Of a stretch of 24,000 nucleotides of DNA, positions 1 to 8,421 are shown piece after piece. The notes below the pieces were generated by a model. That model was not told the origin of the DNA. It made no database searches and saw only the letters and a program-made list of their open reading frames with translations. The stretch's first letter is position 1. Each line of letters opens with the position of its first letter. Origin of the DNA: Colwellia psychrerythraea (GTDB taxonomy: Bacteria > Pseudomonadota > Gammaproteobacteria > Enterobacterales > Alteromonadaceae); NCBI RefSeq assembly GCF_000764225.1, contig NZ_JQED01000005.1, forward strand, positions 391,390 to 415,389. Reading direction: 5' to 3'. The position numbers and the translations under genes were made by a program.

Positions 1-195
1 CGGCATCGGAAATACTCACTTATATTCATAAGCTCCGTATTTCCTCTTTGTTACAGCACCAACTGACTTTGAGTTGAGTTGTCACATCGCCAACCATTGA
101 ATAAAAGTTATTTTAAAAGTTCATTTAACTCAGTAATCATAAAGTGAACTTTCAAAATAAACCTTATCAACATCATCACTTGGAATGTAAACATC

Positions 196-2058
196 ATGCC
201 TAAATTAAGATCTGCAACTTCTACTCAAGGCCGTAATATGGCTGGTGCTCGTGCATTATGGCGCGCTACAGGCATGACAGACGGTGATTTTGGAAAACCC
301 ATCGTTGCGGTAGTAAACTCTTTCACGCAATTTGTACCTGGACATGTACATTTAAAAGACATGGGGCAATTAGTTGCTGGTGCGATTGAAGAAGCCGGTG
401 GTGTTGCTAAAGAATTTAATACTATTGCTGTTGATGACGGTATAGCCATGGGCCACGCTGGCATGCTTTACAGCTTGCCATCACGTGATTTAATAGCCGA
501 TTCAGTAGAATACATGGTGAATGCACATTGTGCTGATGCCATGGTCTGTATATCTAATTGTGACAAAATCACCCCAGGCATGTTGATGGCAGCAATGCGC
601 TTAAACATTCCGGTAATTTTTGTTTCCGGTGGTCCTATGGAAGCAGGTAAAACCAAGTTAAGTGAGCAAATCATCAAACTTGATTTAGTTGATGCCATGA
701 TTCAAGGTGCTGATCCTTTAGTCAGTGACGAACAAAGTGACCAAGTTGAACGTTCCGCTTGTCCTACCTGTGGTTCATGTTCTGGCATGTTCACCGCTAA
801 CTCAATGAACTGTTTAGCTGAAGCATTAGGCTTAGCATTACCAGGTAACGGCTCTATGTTGGCAACCCATGCAGATAGAGAACAATTATTTTTAGATGCT
901 GGTAAACAAATTGTTGAATTAACAAAACGTTATTACCAAGATAATGATGAATCTGCCCTACCACGTAATATAGCCAACAAAGATTCTTTTTCTAATGCGA
1001 TGTGTTTAGATATTGCTATGGGTGGTTCAACCAATACTATCTTGCATTTATTAGCGACCGCACAAGAAGCAGAAATAGATTACACCATGGCCGACATGGA
1101 TAAATTATCACGCATTGTGCCGCAGTTGTGTAAAGTTGCGCCATCTACACCTGAATATCACATGGAAGATGTGCATCGCGCTGGTGGGGTTATCTCGATT
1201 TTAGGTGAATTATCACGTGCTAACTTATTAAATACTGACGTACCTAATGTTCTAGGGACTACTTTAGCCGATGTTATTGCTAAATATGATATTACCCTAA
1301 CTGACGATGAAGACGTTAAAAAATTCTACCGCGCAGGACCTGCAGGTATTCGTACCACTAAAGCCTTTAGCCAAGATTGTCGTTGGGATACTTTAGACGA
1401 TGACAGAGAAAATGGCTGTATTCGTAATATTGAAAATGCTTTCTCTACAGAAGGTGGTTTAGCGGTACTGTCGGGTAATATTGCCATCGATGGTTGCGTT
1501 GTTAAAACTGCAGGCGTAAGTGATGACAATTTAGTCTTTACTGGCCCTGCACACATTTTTGAAAGCCAAGATGATGCTGTTGCCGGCATTTTAGACGGAA
1601 AAGTGGTTGCGGGTGAAGTAGTCGTTATTCGTTATGAAGGCCCTAAAGGCGGACCAGGCATGCAAGAAATGCTTTATCCAACGACTTACCTTAAATCTAT
1701 GGGGCTAGGCAAAGCCTGTGCCTTATTAACTGATGGTCGTTTCTCTGGTGGTACTTCAGGTTTATCTATTGGTCATGTTTCTCCTGAAGCAGCTGACGGC
1801 GGAACAATTGCCTTGGTTGAACAAGGCGATATCATTCATATTGATATCCCTACACGTGAAATTACATTACAAGTATCTGATGCTGAACTTGAAGCGCGTC
1901 GTGCGGCAATGGAAGCTAAAGGTCAAGCGGCTTGGAAACCTAACGATCGTGTTCGTCCAATTAGTTACGCATTGAAAAATTACGCCATGTTAGCAACCAG
2001 TGCTGATAAAGGTGCGGTTCGAAATAGAGCCTTACTTGATGGCTTAGTTGAAAAATAA
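196..2058 (+). CDS. ilvD: Dihydroxy-acid dehydratase
   Basis: 620-aa ORF, collinear over its full length with E. coli IlvD as I recall it. Shared stretches include MPK.RSAT...[52 protein letters not shown], the Fe-S Cys motif [20 protein letters not shown], and [20 protein letters not shown]. Confidence 0.97.
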   Translation: MPKLRSATSTQGRNMAGARALWRATGMTDGDFGKPIVAVVNSFTQFVPGHVHLKDMGQLVAGAIEEAGGVAKEFNTIAVDDGIAMGHAGMLYSLPSRDLIADSVEYMVNAHCADAMVCISNCDKITPGMLMAAMRLNIPVIFVSGGPMEAGKTKLSEQIIKLDLVDAMIQGADPLVSDEQSDQVERSACPTCGSCSGMFTANSMNCLAEALGLALPGNGSMLATHADREQLFLDAGKQIVELTKRYYQDNDESALPRNIANKDSFSNAMCLDIAMGGSTNTILHLLATAQEAEIDYTMADMDKLSRIVPQLCKVAPSTPEYHMEDVHRAGGVISILGELSRANLLNTDVPNVLGTTLADVIAKYDITLTDDEDVKKFYRAGPAGIRTTKAFSQDCRWDTLDDDRENGCIRNIENAFSTEGGLAVLSGNIAIDGCVVKTAGVSDDNLVFTGPAHIFESQDDAVAGILDGKVVAGEVVVIRYEGPKGGPGMQEMLYPTTYLKSMGLGKACALLTDGRFSGGTSGLSIGHVSPEAADGGTIALVEQGDIIHIDIPTREITLQVSDAELEARRAAMEAKGQAAWKPNDRVRPISYALKNYAMLATSADKGAVRNRALLDGLVEK

Positions 2059-2064
2059 CAGCTG

Positions 2065-2088
2065 TTGGCGCGACTCTCGTCGCGCCAA
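2065..2088 (+). other. GC-rich intercistronic stem-loop between ilvD and ilvA (10-bp perfect stem, 4-nt loop, no U-tract)
   Basis: TTGGCGCGAC (2065-2074), loop tctc, GTCGCGCCAA (2079-2088), starting 7 nt after the ilvD stop. The following sequence is tctaagcc, so this is not a canonical intrinsic terminator. Confidence 0.5.
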
Positions 2089-2172
2089 TCTAAGCCTACA
2101 ATTTGCTTTAAGCAATAAATACTGAAAACCAACTCTACACAAAGAGTTAACTTAAAATTCTAGGTAAATCTA

Positions 2173-3726
2173 ATGACAGAAACACTCAAGCAAGCCGCAC
2201 TTCCCGAACCATTAGATTACCTACGTCGTATTCTACTTGCGCCTATTTATGATCTCGCCGTTGAAACTGATCTAACACCATTGCATAAGTTATCCTCACG
2301 ATTAAATAACCAAATTTATTTAAAACGTGAAGATCAACAACCTGTACATTCATTTAAATTACGTGGTGCTTATAACAAACTCAACAATTTAACTGAAGAG
2401 CAATGTATTCATGGTGTCATTGCCGCTTCCGCTGGTAATCATGCACAAGGTTTAGCGTTAGCCGCTAAAAAACTTGGCATCAATGCAACCATTGTCATGC
2501 CTAAGACGACTCCAGATATTAAGGTAGACAATGTCAGACGTTTTGGTGGTGAAGTACGACTAGTGGGTAATAGTTTCAATGAAGCACAAGCCGCTTCCAT
2601 TGAATACGCCGAAGCTGAAAAGAAAACGCTAATTCATCCGTTTGATGATGTTGAAGTGATTGTTGGCCAAGGTACTGTGGCGAAAGAGCTATTACAACAA
2701 TTACCTCAAGCTGATGTTGTTTTTATACCGGTTGGCGGTGGTGGTCTACTGGCGGGTATGGCGGTATATCTAAAACAACTGAGCCCTAAGACTAAAATTA
2801 TCGGTGTAGAAGCTGAAGATTCAGCTTGTTTAAAAGCCGCGCTTGAATCGGGTGAGCCAGTTGATTTAACACAAGTAGGATTGTTCGCTGATGGCGTTGC
2901 GGTTAAACGTATCGGCAAAAATACTTTTGGTCTGATCCAAGAGTTTTGTGATGAAGTGATCACAGTATCAACCGATGAGATATGTGCGTCAATTAAAGAT
3001 ATTTTTGAAGAAACCCGCGTTATTGCTGAGCCTGCTGGCGCATTATCTTTAGCAGGTCTACAGAAATACTGTCTGACGAGTAAAGGTGATGAATCATTAG
3101 CAGCCGTACTTTCTGGTGCAAACATGAACTTTCATACGCTTCGTTACGTGTCAGAACGTTGTGAATTAGGTGAAAAGAAAGAAGCAATACTCGCGGTAAC
3201 GATACCAGAAGAAAAAGGTAGTTTTAAGCGTTTTTGTCAATCTATCGGCAATCGTGCTATTACCGAGTTTAACTATCGTTTCTCAGGTAAACCTAGTGCT
3301 GAAATTTTTGTTGGTGTCCGCTTAGGTGGTAGTGTGCAAGAACGTCAGGAGTTACTGCAAGGGCTAGTCAATGCTAATTATCAGGTAAGAGACTTTACCG
3401 ATAATGAGTTAGCTAAATTGCACGTTCGTTACATGATTGGCGGAAAAACACCTAGCCCAGCTAAAAATGGCAACGGTGAGCGACTTTTTAGCTTTGAGTT
3501 TCCAGAACATCCCGGCGCACTAGAAAAATTCTTAGCCGCAATGGGCGAGTACTGGAATATCACCCTATTTCATTATCGAAACCACGGTGCAGCATTTGGA
3601 CAGGTACTTGCAGGTTTTGATCTTGATAAAAGCCAGCAAAACGAATTCTTCCAACACCTTGATGACCTTGGTTATCAATGGTCAGAAGAAACTGACAACC
3701 TCGCTTATCAAACCTTTTTGAATTAA
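2173..3726 (+). CDS. ilvA: Biosynthetic threonine dehydratase (threonine ammonia-lyase)
   Basis: 517 aa, collinear with E. coli IlvA. It has the PLP-lysine motif HSFKLRGAY, ASAGNHAQG, the GGGGL loop, SGANMNFHTLRYVSERCELGE, and the C-terminal regulatory repeats (FEFPEHPGAL...YWNITLFHYRNHG). Confidence 0.97.
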   Translation: MTETLKQAALPEPLDYLRRILLAPIYDLAVETDLTPLHKLSSRLNNQIYLKREDQQPVHSFKLRGAYNKLNNLTEEQCIHGVIAASAGNHAQGLALAAKKLGINATIVMPKTTPDIKVDNVRRFGGEVRLVGNSFNEAQAASIEYAEAEKKTLIHPFDDVEVIVGQGTVAKELLQQLPQADVVFIPVGGGGLLAGMAVYLKQLSPKTKIIGVEAEDSACLKAALESGEPVDLTQVGLFADGVAVKRIGKNTFGLIQEFCDEVITVSTDEICASIKDIFEETRVIAEPAGALSLAGLQKYCLTSKGDESLAAVLSGANMNFHTLRYVSERCELGEKKEAILAVTIPEEKGSFKRFCQSIGNRAITEFNYRFSGKPSAEIFVGVRLGGSVQERQELLQGLVNANYQVRDFTDNELAKLHVRYMIGGKTPSPAKNGNGERLFSFEFPEHPGALEKFLAAMGEYWNITLFHYRNHGAAFGQVLAGFDLDKSQQNEFFQHLDDLGYQWSEETDNLAYQTFLN

Positions 3727-3731
3727 TACTA

Positions 3732-3765
3732 AAGCGCCAATAACCTTGATACGTTTTTGGCGCTT
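3732..3765. terminator. Possible bidirectional terminator hairpin between convergent ilvA and the membrane-protein gene
   Basis: AAGCGCCAA (3732-3740) pairs with TTGGCGCTT (3757-3765). A T-run (3754-3758) leads into the right arm. The 16-nt loop is long for an intrinsic terminator. Confidence 0.4.
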
Positions 3766-3777
3766 ATCCTTTAAGTA

Positions 3778-4200
3778 TTACTCTGCTGGAATTGCCGCAT
3801 CAATTTTTTTCAGCGAGCGTAAAAATAGTCCTAATCCACCCATCGCCAAAACCAAGATAACGATTAAATCAAAAGAGGTCATGGTTATAAAGCTAAAACG
3901 AATAGAAGAAATTACGCCAAAAATAAGTCCTGTAATAGAGCCGAGTGCTAACAGCCAGCCAATAGGGTTTTTACTGTTATAGAAAATAATGCCGACACCG
4001 AACATAAAAGGGATCATAACCATGCCACTGGTGATGCTGTAGCTTCCGCCCATAGCAGAAAAGCCATAAAGACGCATTCCCAGCCCAAAACTAGAACTGA
4101 CGGTTATTGCATTAAGCAGTAGATAAAAACCACCGCACATCATGATCAACCCTATAAAAAACTGTCCTAAACCACCTGATGTTCCACCTGCTCCGCGCAT
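3778..4200 (-). CDS. Small integral membrane protein of unknown function (Gly-rich N-terminus, about 4 predicted TM segments)
   Basis: 140-aa ORF beginning MRGAGGTSGGLGQFFIGLIMMCGGFYLLL, hydrophobic throughout. AAGGGA sits 5 nt upstream of the ATG. I do not recognise a family. Confidence 0.7.
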   Translation of the reverse strand: MRGAGGTSGGLGQFFIGLIMMCGGFYLLLNAITVSSSFGLGMRLYGFSAMGGSYSITSGMVMIPFMFGVGIIFYNSKNPIGWLLALGSITGLIFGVISSIRFSFITMTSFDLIVILVLAMGGLGLFLRSLKKIDAAIPAE

Positions 4201-4425
4201 AAAGTCCCTTATTTTATAATGTTAGCTGCTGTATTAATTATTATATTTTTTATAGATACTACCTGAGCACAGGTAAAAATGGCAAGATTTTGATTGAACG
4301 CAAATTTTGAGTTGAGCTTGGGTTATACGAACAACTGATAAGTAAAATAACAAAGATATTTAAGTGCTACTCCACCTGAACATACATTTTCGACCAGACT
4401 GTAGAAACAAGACAAAATGTATATT

Positions 4426-4658
4426 TAACCTGAACTCTGGATAATGAGTGCTTGATGTTTAAGTAAAATCAACAACTTAGATTGTTACGTATAAAAAGTA
4501 ATAAAATTAAAGTAGTTATAAGCTTTATCAATGTTTCATTTTATTCAATTATCAAGGCAAAACGTTTATGAATAGCTGGCTATTTATCGACGTTTTAACG
4601 CTGAGAATTGGATGAAGAGGAATGTTGAGCAAGTGCTGCTTATCCAGAGTTCAGGTTA
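4426..4658. repeat. Perfect 19-bp inverted repeat pair flanking a 195-bp AT-rich spacer (MITE-like or long-range hairpin)
   Basis: TAACCTGAACTCTGGATAA (4426-4444) and its exact reverse complement TTATCCAGAGTTCAGGTTA (4640-4658). The pair lies in the roughly 500-bp non-coding gap downstream of the ECF sigma gene. Confidence 0.6.
4559..4596. terminator. Imperfect hairpin with A-tract and T-tract arms; possible bidirectional terminator about 110 nt downstream of the sigma gene
   Basis: AAAACGTTTATGAATAGC tg GCTATTTATCGACGTTTT has 15 of 18 positions paired, with AAAACG/CGTTTT at the base. It lies inside the 19-bp inverted-repeat element. Confidence 0.35.
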
Positions 4659-4706
4659 TTTACACTCATATGTCATTGTTTCAGGTAATAACCTAGTTTT
4701 TAAACT

Positions 4707-5372
4707 TTATCGACTTTGTTGTTTGATCACAGCCATTACATTGTGCGTAATATTGTCACAGCGATCACCGGCAAATTCATACAAACTAAGTTTCTGTTCC
4801 GTGAGTATCTGCCCGATTTCTATTTTTAACATTTTTTTAGCTCGATAAAAGCGTACTTTGACCACGTCATATTCAAGTGAAAGGATTTGAGCAATATCAT
4901 TTATCGCCATTTTTTCAATCGCACTTAATATAAAAATAGCACGATAATTTATCGGTAATGCGTTAATTAATTGCTCTAGCGTGGCTTTAGTTTGTTGATT
5001 AGCGATAGTGTCATGTATGGGCTCAGCTGCTATATCAAGTTCAATTAAATTAAACACGTCTTCCTCCTCTTGATAACTTAAGCGGCTAGATTTTCTTAAG
5101 CGCATCAAAGCAATATTTCGCGTTATCGTGGCAATCCAACTCATAAAGCCTTTTGGTCCCTTAAAAGAGGCGAGTTTTTGATAAGCAGTAATGTGCGCTT
5201 CTTGCACAATATCCATCGCCTCATCGTCATCAACAAAAATGCCTTTGGCTATGCGAAACATAAGTTGGTTATAGCGCCGTATGACTACTTCATAGGCATT
5301 AATATTACCCGCTAAAATATGCGCAATGAGTTGGTAGTCTTCTGCTGTTTTTAGAGAATCAATTTCTGTCAT
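4707..5372 (-). CDS. ECF-type (group 4) sigma-70 family RNA polymerase sigma factor with a C-terminal extension of about 38 aa
   Basis: 221 aa. Region 2 reads YEVVIRRYNQLMFRIAKGIFVDDDEAMDIVQEAHITAYQKLASFKGPKGFMSWIATITRNIALMRLRK. Region 4 reads LPINYRAIFILSAIEKMAINDIAQILSLEYDVVKVRFYRAKKMLK. The tail beyond region 4.2 is IEIGQILTEQKLSLYEFAGDRCDNITHNVMAVIKQQSR. Confidence 0.9.
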   Translation of the reverse strand: MTEIDSLKTAEDYQLIAHILAGNINAYEVVIRRYNQLMFRIAKGIFVDDDEAMDIVQEAHITAYQKLASFKGPKGFMSWIATITRNIALMRLRKSSRLSYQEEEDVFNLIELDIAAEPIHDTIANQQTKATLEQLINALPINYRAIFILSAIEKMAINDIAQILSLEYDVVKVRFYRAKKMLKIEIGQILTEQKLSLYEFAGDRCDNITHNVMAVIKQQSR

Positions 5373-5432
5373 GTATTCGCCTGTAAATCATGCTTTAGTT
5401 GCTCTGCATTACTTATTTTTTATTGAGCCTAC

Positions 5433-6605
5433 TTACAATGATAGTAAATATTGTACTAAATCATCTTTTTCAGACGGCATTAATCCTAAAGCAAAGTGAT
5501 TATTATAATGTTCGACTACATCAAGTAAGGTCGCGGCACTACCATCGTGAAAATAAGGCGGATGCTGCCATACGCCTGCCAATGGCGTAGTACGGTATTT
5601 TCCAGTAAGACTTCTGCTAGCTAACGTGGGGTCAGTCCCAATAACGTCAGGATAATGAAGCTGTGTGTCAGCATCGGTAAAATTATCACCGCTATGACAA
5701 GCACTACAGTTGCCCTGGTTATTAAAGACTACCTTGCCTCGTGTCGCAGCGTCACTATCAAAGCTCCCTGCTGGGGCTTTAGGGGCATTTAAGGAAAATT
5801 GATAAGCTTCTAAGGCTGGTAGTTTGTCGGTAACTAAATCAGGATCATGCATAATATTGAGTCCTAACCTGTCATCAACGAAATTACCTTGTGCGCCCAT
5901 TTGTGTCACGGCAACATAAGCATTCCAATATGAAATACTTCCTTCACCCGTATAAGTTGCTAATGCGACGTCTTTTAAACCGTAGGCTGGTGGTATTACG
6001 GTAGGATCATTAAGGCCATCTTGATTCCAATACGCATCATACTTACCAGCGCCCCAAGATAGCAGTACGTCTTGTATTACCTGATCTTGTAGAGCTGGTG
6101 ACAATGACAGAATTACACCCGGATTTAGGTCTCTATTTGCCCAGCCATCTAATCGTTTACCAATGCCCGGCGCAACCGAGTCATCTACGGTTGAATGACA
6201 CAAGGCACAAGTCGTTCCAAGGCTAACTAAGGTATCTTTACCATTAATTTCTTGAACATCACCCTGTAAACCAACAACGGCATTGAGCTTTAATAAAGTG
6301 ATAGTCGTAGCAGGATCAGTAAGGTCAACCGTTTGCAATACTCCTTCAGGTAATACCTCAGAATCAACTTTTAGGCCAACTGATAAAGCGGTTACCGGAT
6401 CGACTGCGCCTGCAACCACATTGTGTAATTGCAATGTATCTGTCCATAGTTGCTCATCACCAAAGGTATCAAAGCGAAATATCTCTTTGCCTTGTGCAAC
6501 AAGTTTTGGGTCTAACATTGTTTCTTTTTTGGATGATTCATTACATCCTGACAGCCCTAATATTATCAGGGATATGAGCGTAATTATCTTGCTTGTATGT
6601 TTCAT
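5433..6605 (-). CDS. Di-haem cytochrome c peroxidase/MauG-family lipoprotein with an N-terminal extension
   Basis: 390 aa. Lipoprotein signal (LILGLSG-C at residue 21). Two CxxCH motifs, C133ALCH and C300SACH. CCP-family C-terminal signature PPYFHDGSAATLLDVVEHYN. The first haem motif lies about 80 aa later than in canonical CcpA. Confidence 0.85.
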   Translation of the reverse strand: MKHTSKIITLISLIILGLSGCNESSKKETMLDPKLVAQGKEIFRFDTFGDEQLWTDTLQLHNVVAGAVDPVTALSVGLKVDSEVLPEGVLQTVDLTDPATTITLLKLNAVVGLQGDVQEINGKDTLVSLGTTCALCHSTVDDSVAPGIGKRLDGWANRDLNPGVILSLSPALQDQVIQDVLLSWGAGKYDAYWNQDGLNDPTVIPPAYGLKDVALATYTGEGSISYWNAYVAVTQMGAQGNFVDDRLGLNIMHDPDLVTDKLPALEAYQFSLNAPKAPAGSFDSDAATRGKVVFNNQGNCSACHSGDNFTDADTQLHYPDVIGTDPTLASRSLTGKYRTTPLAGVWQHPPYFHDGSAATLLDVVEHYNNHFALGLMPSEKDDLVQYLLSL

Positions 6606-6819
6606 GTTGCTCTCATATTTTCTAATAAGTGTAATTATTAGATGTATGAGCTCAAAAAAAGTAACAAAATTATTGAAAAAGTTGTTAGAAAATAAAAGCT
6701 AATCTGTGTGCATTAACGACGTTAGCTATACGCTAATCCTAGCGTCAGCTGAAAGCTCAAAGCTGCCGCTCAATTAAATGTGACATCTCACTGTTACTAA
6801 CGAATAAAGGGGATTCATA

Positions 6820-7251
6820 TCAGATTTTGACAAGTAAACTATATAATTGCTTTATTTCACGTTCACTCAAGCCTAACGAAAGAGCCAGTAATTCTTTATC
6901 ACAATCAACGTGAGTCTTGTTTCCAGATTCGGTTATCTGAACATGCACAATACGTTGGTCTATTTGGCTTCTGGCCTTAACAACATGGCCCGCATCTACT
7001 AACTTGTTAACTGCTCTTGAAACATTTGGACTGTCATCCACCATGAACTTTTTCACTTGGTTAATGGTCAACCCTTCTTTTGGTGCCTCAGAGAGAATAT
7101 GCAGTATCTGTAGTTGAGTCAGTGAAACCCCTGTGTGTTTTATTCGGCTTGTCATTTTCATTTTTTGCTCTTGCCCAATACAAGCAATTAACGCATATAC
7201 CTTTGATTCTATGGGGTAACTAGCATCAATTATTGACTGTTTATTTGCCAA
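6820..7251 (-). CDS. MarR-family transcriptional regulator
   Basis: Winged-helix core LTQLQILHILSEAPKEGLTINQVKKFMVDDSPNVSRAVNKLVDAGHVVKARSQIDQRIVHVQITESGNK. The ORF track starts at a GTG (7272). A TTG at 7251 is preceded by a strong AAGGAGG 5 nt upstream, so I prefer 7251 (143 aa). Confidence 0.85.
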   Translation of the reverse strand: MANKQSIIDASYPIESKVYALIACIGQEQKMKMTSRIKHTGVSLTQLQILHILSEAPKEGLTINQVKKFMVDDSPNVSRAVNKLVDAGHVVKARSQIDQRIVHVQITESGNKTHVDCDKELLALSLGLSEREIKQLYSLLVKI

Positions 7252-7340
7252 TGAAGCCTCCTTAATTTGCACGCTTTTTACGTAATAATTCTAATGTTTC
7301 TGCTCGTTACTGAGCAAATAATTAGAAAATTATAATTCAA

Positions 7341-7400
7341 TTGACAAATGTAGTCCATGGAATATATTATTGCATCCATGGATAATAATTCCATGGATAA
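7341..7400. promoter_or_regulatory. Divergent promoter/operator region: sigma70-like promoter for the GST operon overlapped by three TCCATGGA palindromes (candidate MarR operators)
   Basis: TTGACA (7341-7346), 16-nt spacer, TATATT (7363-7368). TCCATGGA occurs at 7354-7361, 7375-7382 (extended ATCCATGGAT) and 7390-7397. The last two are an 11-bp direct repeat TCCATGGATAA spaced 15 bp apart. An AATTATAATT palindrome (7328-7337) offers a -10 on either strand. Confidence 0.5.
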
Positions 7401-7436
7401 CTCCAACTCAACTTGTTAATTGCTAGGTTAAATAGT

Positions 7437-8363
7437 ATGAAAATTCCCATTCTTCATCGTTCACTAAAATCACCTTACGCGCAAAAAACAATGCTAATAA
7501 TGGGGTATTTAAATCAATCCTATTTGTCATTTATTGCACCTAAGGGCATACCAAGACCAATAGAAGAAGAACTTGTTGGAGAGTACAGTCGTAGAATTCC
7601 AATACTTCAAATAGGCGCTGACTTGTACTGTGATTCGGAATTAATAATGAAAGTGCTAGCCGAAAAGAATGAGTCAGATTACCTATTTAATTACCCTTCA
7701 TTTGAGGAGGCTAGTAAGTGGATTGAAAAAATTGAAATACATGGAAATACATCGATTTTTGGATCAATCAAACCGCTAGAGTTGGTCTGTGCATATTTTA
7801 AAAATATGCCGCCGAATCACGCATGGAAATTCATTTCTGACAGAGCTAAACTTGGCAAAACAGTAAAGCTACCAAATGCTGATTTACCACATGAACAAAA
7901 AGTAAATATTGCTCAAAAATATCTCAAAGAAGTAGACAAACAGTTAAGTAAACAACAGTTCTTCCTAACATGCAAAATGCCTACATCCGTGGACTTTACC
8001 GCCTTCACGATGATTTATTACTTAGACACAATAAACAAGCTCAAGTTGGCCGAAGGTTTACCGAATTTGCACCGTTGGTATAAAAGGATGTCTTCAATAG
8101 GCACAGGGAGTTTTAATGAAATATCAGGTAAAGAGTGCTTAGAAGTTGCGAGAGATGCCTCTCCAATGCCAATTGATTCACAATACTTAAATTCATCAAG
8201 AATTGGTCAAGAGATTACGTTTACAAACAAAGGTTTTATGGCACAAATGAATAGTGGCGTGAAAGGTGTTGTTGTGGGAGAAAATGATAACGTAATTATT
8301 CTACGCAGAGAATCCCCTCAAGTTGGTGTAGTTCATGTCCATCTCCCAAAACTTAGCTACTAA
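7437..8363 (+). CDS. Glutathione S-transferase-fold protein with an extra C-terminal domain of about 85 aa
   Basis: N-terminal thioredoxin-like GST beta-alpha-beta start (MKIPILHRSLKSPYAQKTMLIMGYL). GST C-domain end motif (LPNLHRWYKRM). Then an additional beta-rich tail ending VVHVHLPKLSY. I prefer the ATG at 7437 over the TTG at 7413 used by the track. Confidence 0.7.
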   Translation: MKIPILHRSLKSPYAQKTMLIMGYLNQSYLSFIAPKGIPRPIEEELVGEYSRRIPILQIGADLYCDSELIMKVLAEKNESDYLFNYPSFEEASKWIEKIEIHGNTSIFGSIKPLELVCAYFKNMPPNHAWKFISDRAKLGKTVKLPNADLPHEQKVNIAQKYLKEVDKQLSKQQFFLTCKMPTSVDFTAFTMIYYLDTINKLKLAEGLPNLHRWYKRMSSIGTGSFNEISGKECLEVARDASPMPIDSQYLNSSRIGQEITFTNKGFMAQMNSGVKGVVVGENDNVIILRRESPQVGVVHVHLPKLSY

Positions 8364-8421
8364 CTCTGCCATTTATCACACTATCAAATACTGATATTTC
8401 AAACAAACAGGAGATTATCTA

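Noticed and set aside
1-195. Possible 3' end of an upstream gene, or a divergent minus-strand gene starting at the ATG (complement of 27-29) with GGAG upstream.
   Set aside because: Only about 9 codons are visible before the window edge, and no frame gives a recognisable C-terminus, so it cannot be supported.
225-3125. Tracked ORFs nested in or antisense to ilvD and ilvA (225-464, 468-698, 1326-1589, 1733-1975, 2706-3125).
   Set aside because: They lie entirely within two genes whose products are near full-length matches to well-known enzymes. They have low-complexity or odd composition and no SD or motif support.
3746-6702. Plus-strand ORFs 3746-3982, 4612-4848, 5399-5590 and 6283-6702.
   Set aside because: Each overlaps, in antisense, a better-supported minus-strand gene (membrane protein, ECF sigma, CCP-like). 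None has recognisable motifs or ribosome-binding sites.
6606-6819. Searched upstream of the CCP-like gene for an ECF-type promoter (GAAC-N16/17-CGTC).
   Set aside because: A CGTC is present (the complement of about 6711-6714), but no GAAC-like -35 sits at the right spacing, so I cannot call a promoter.
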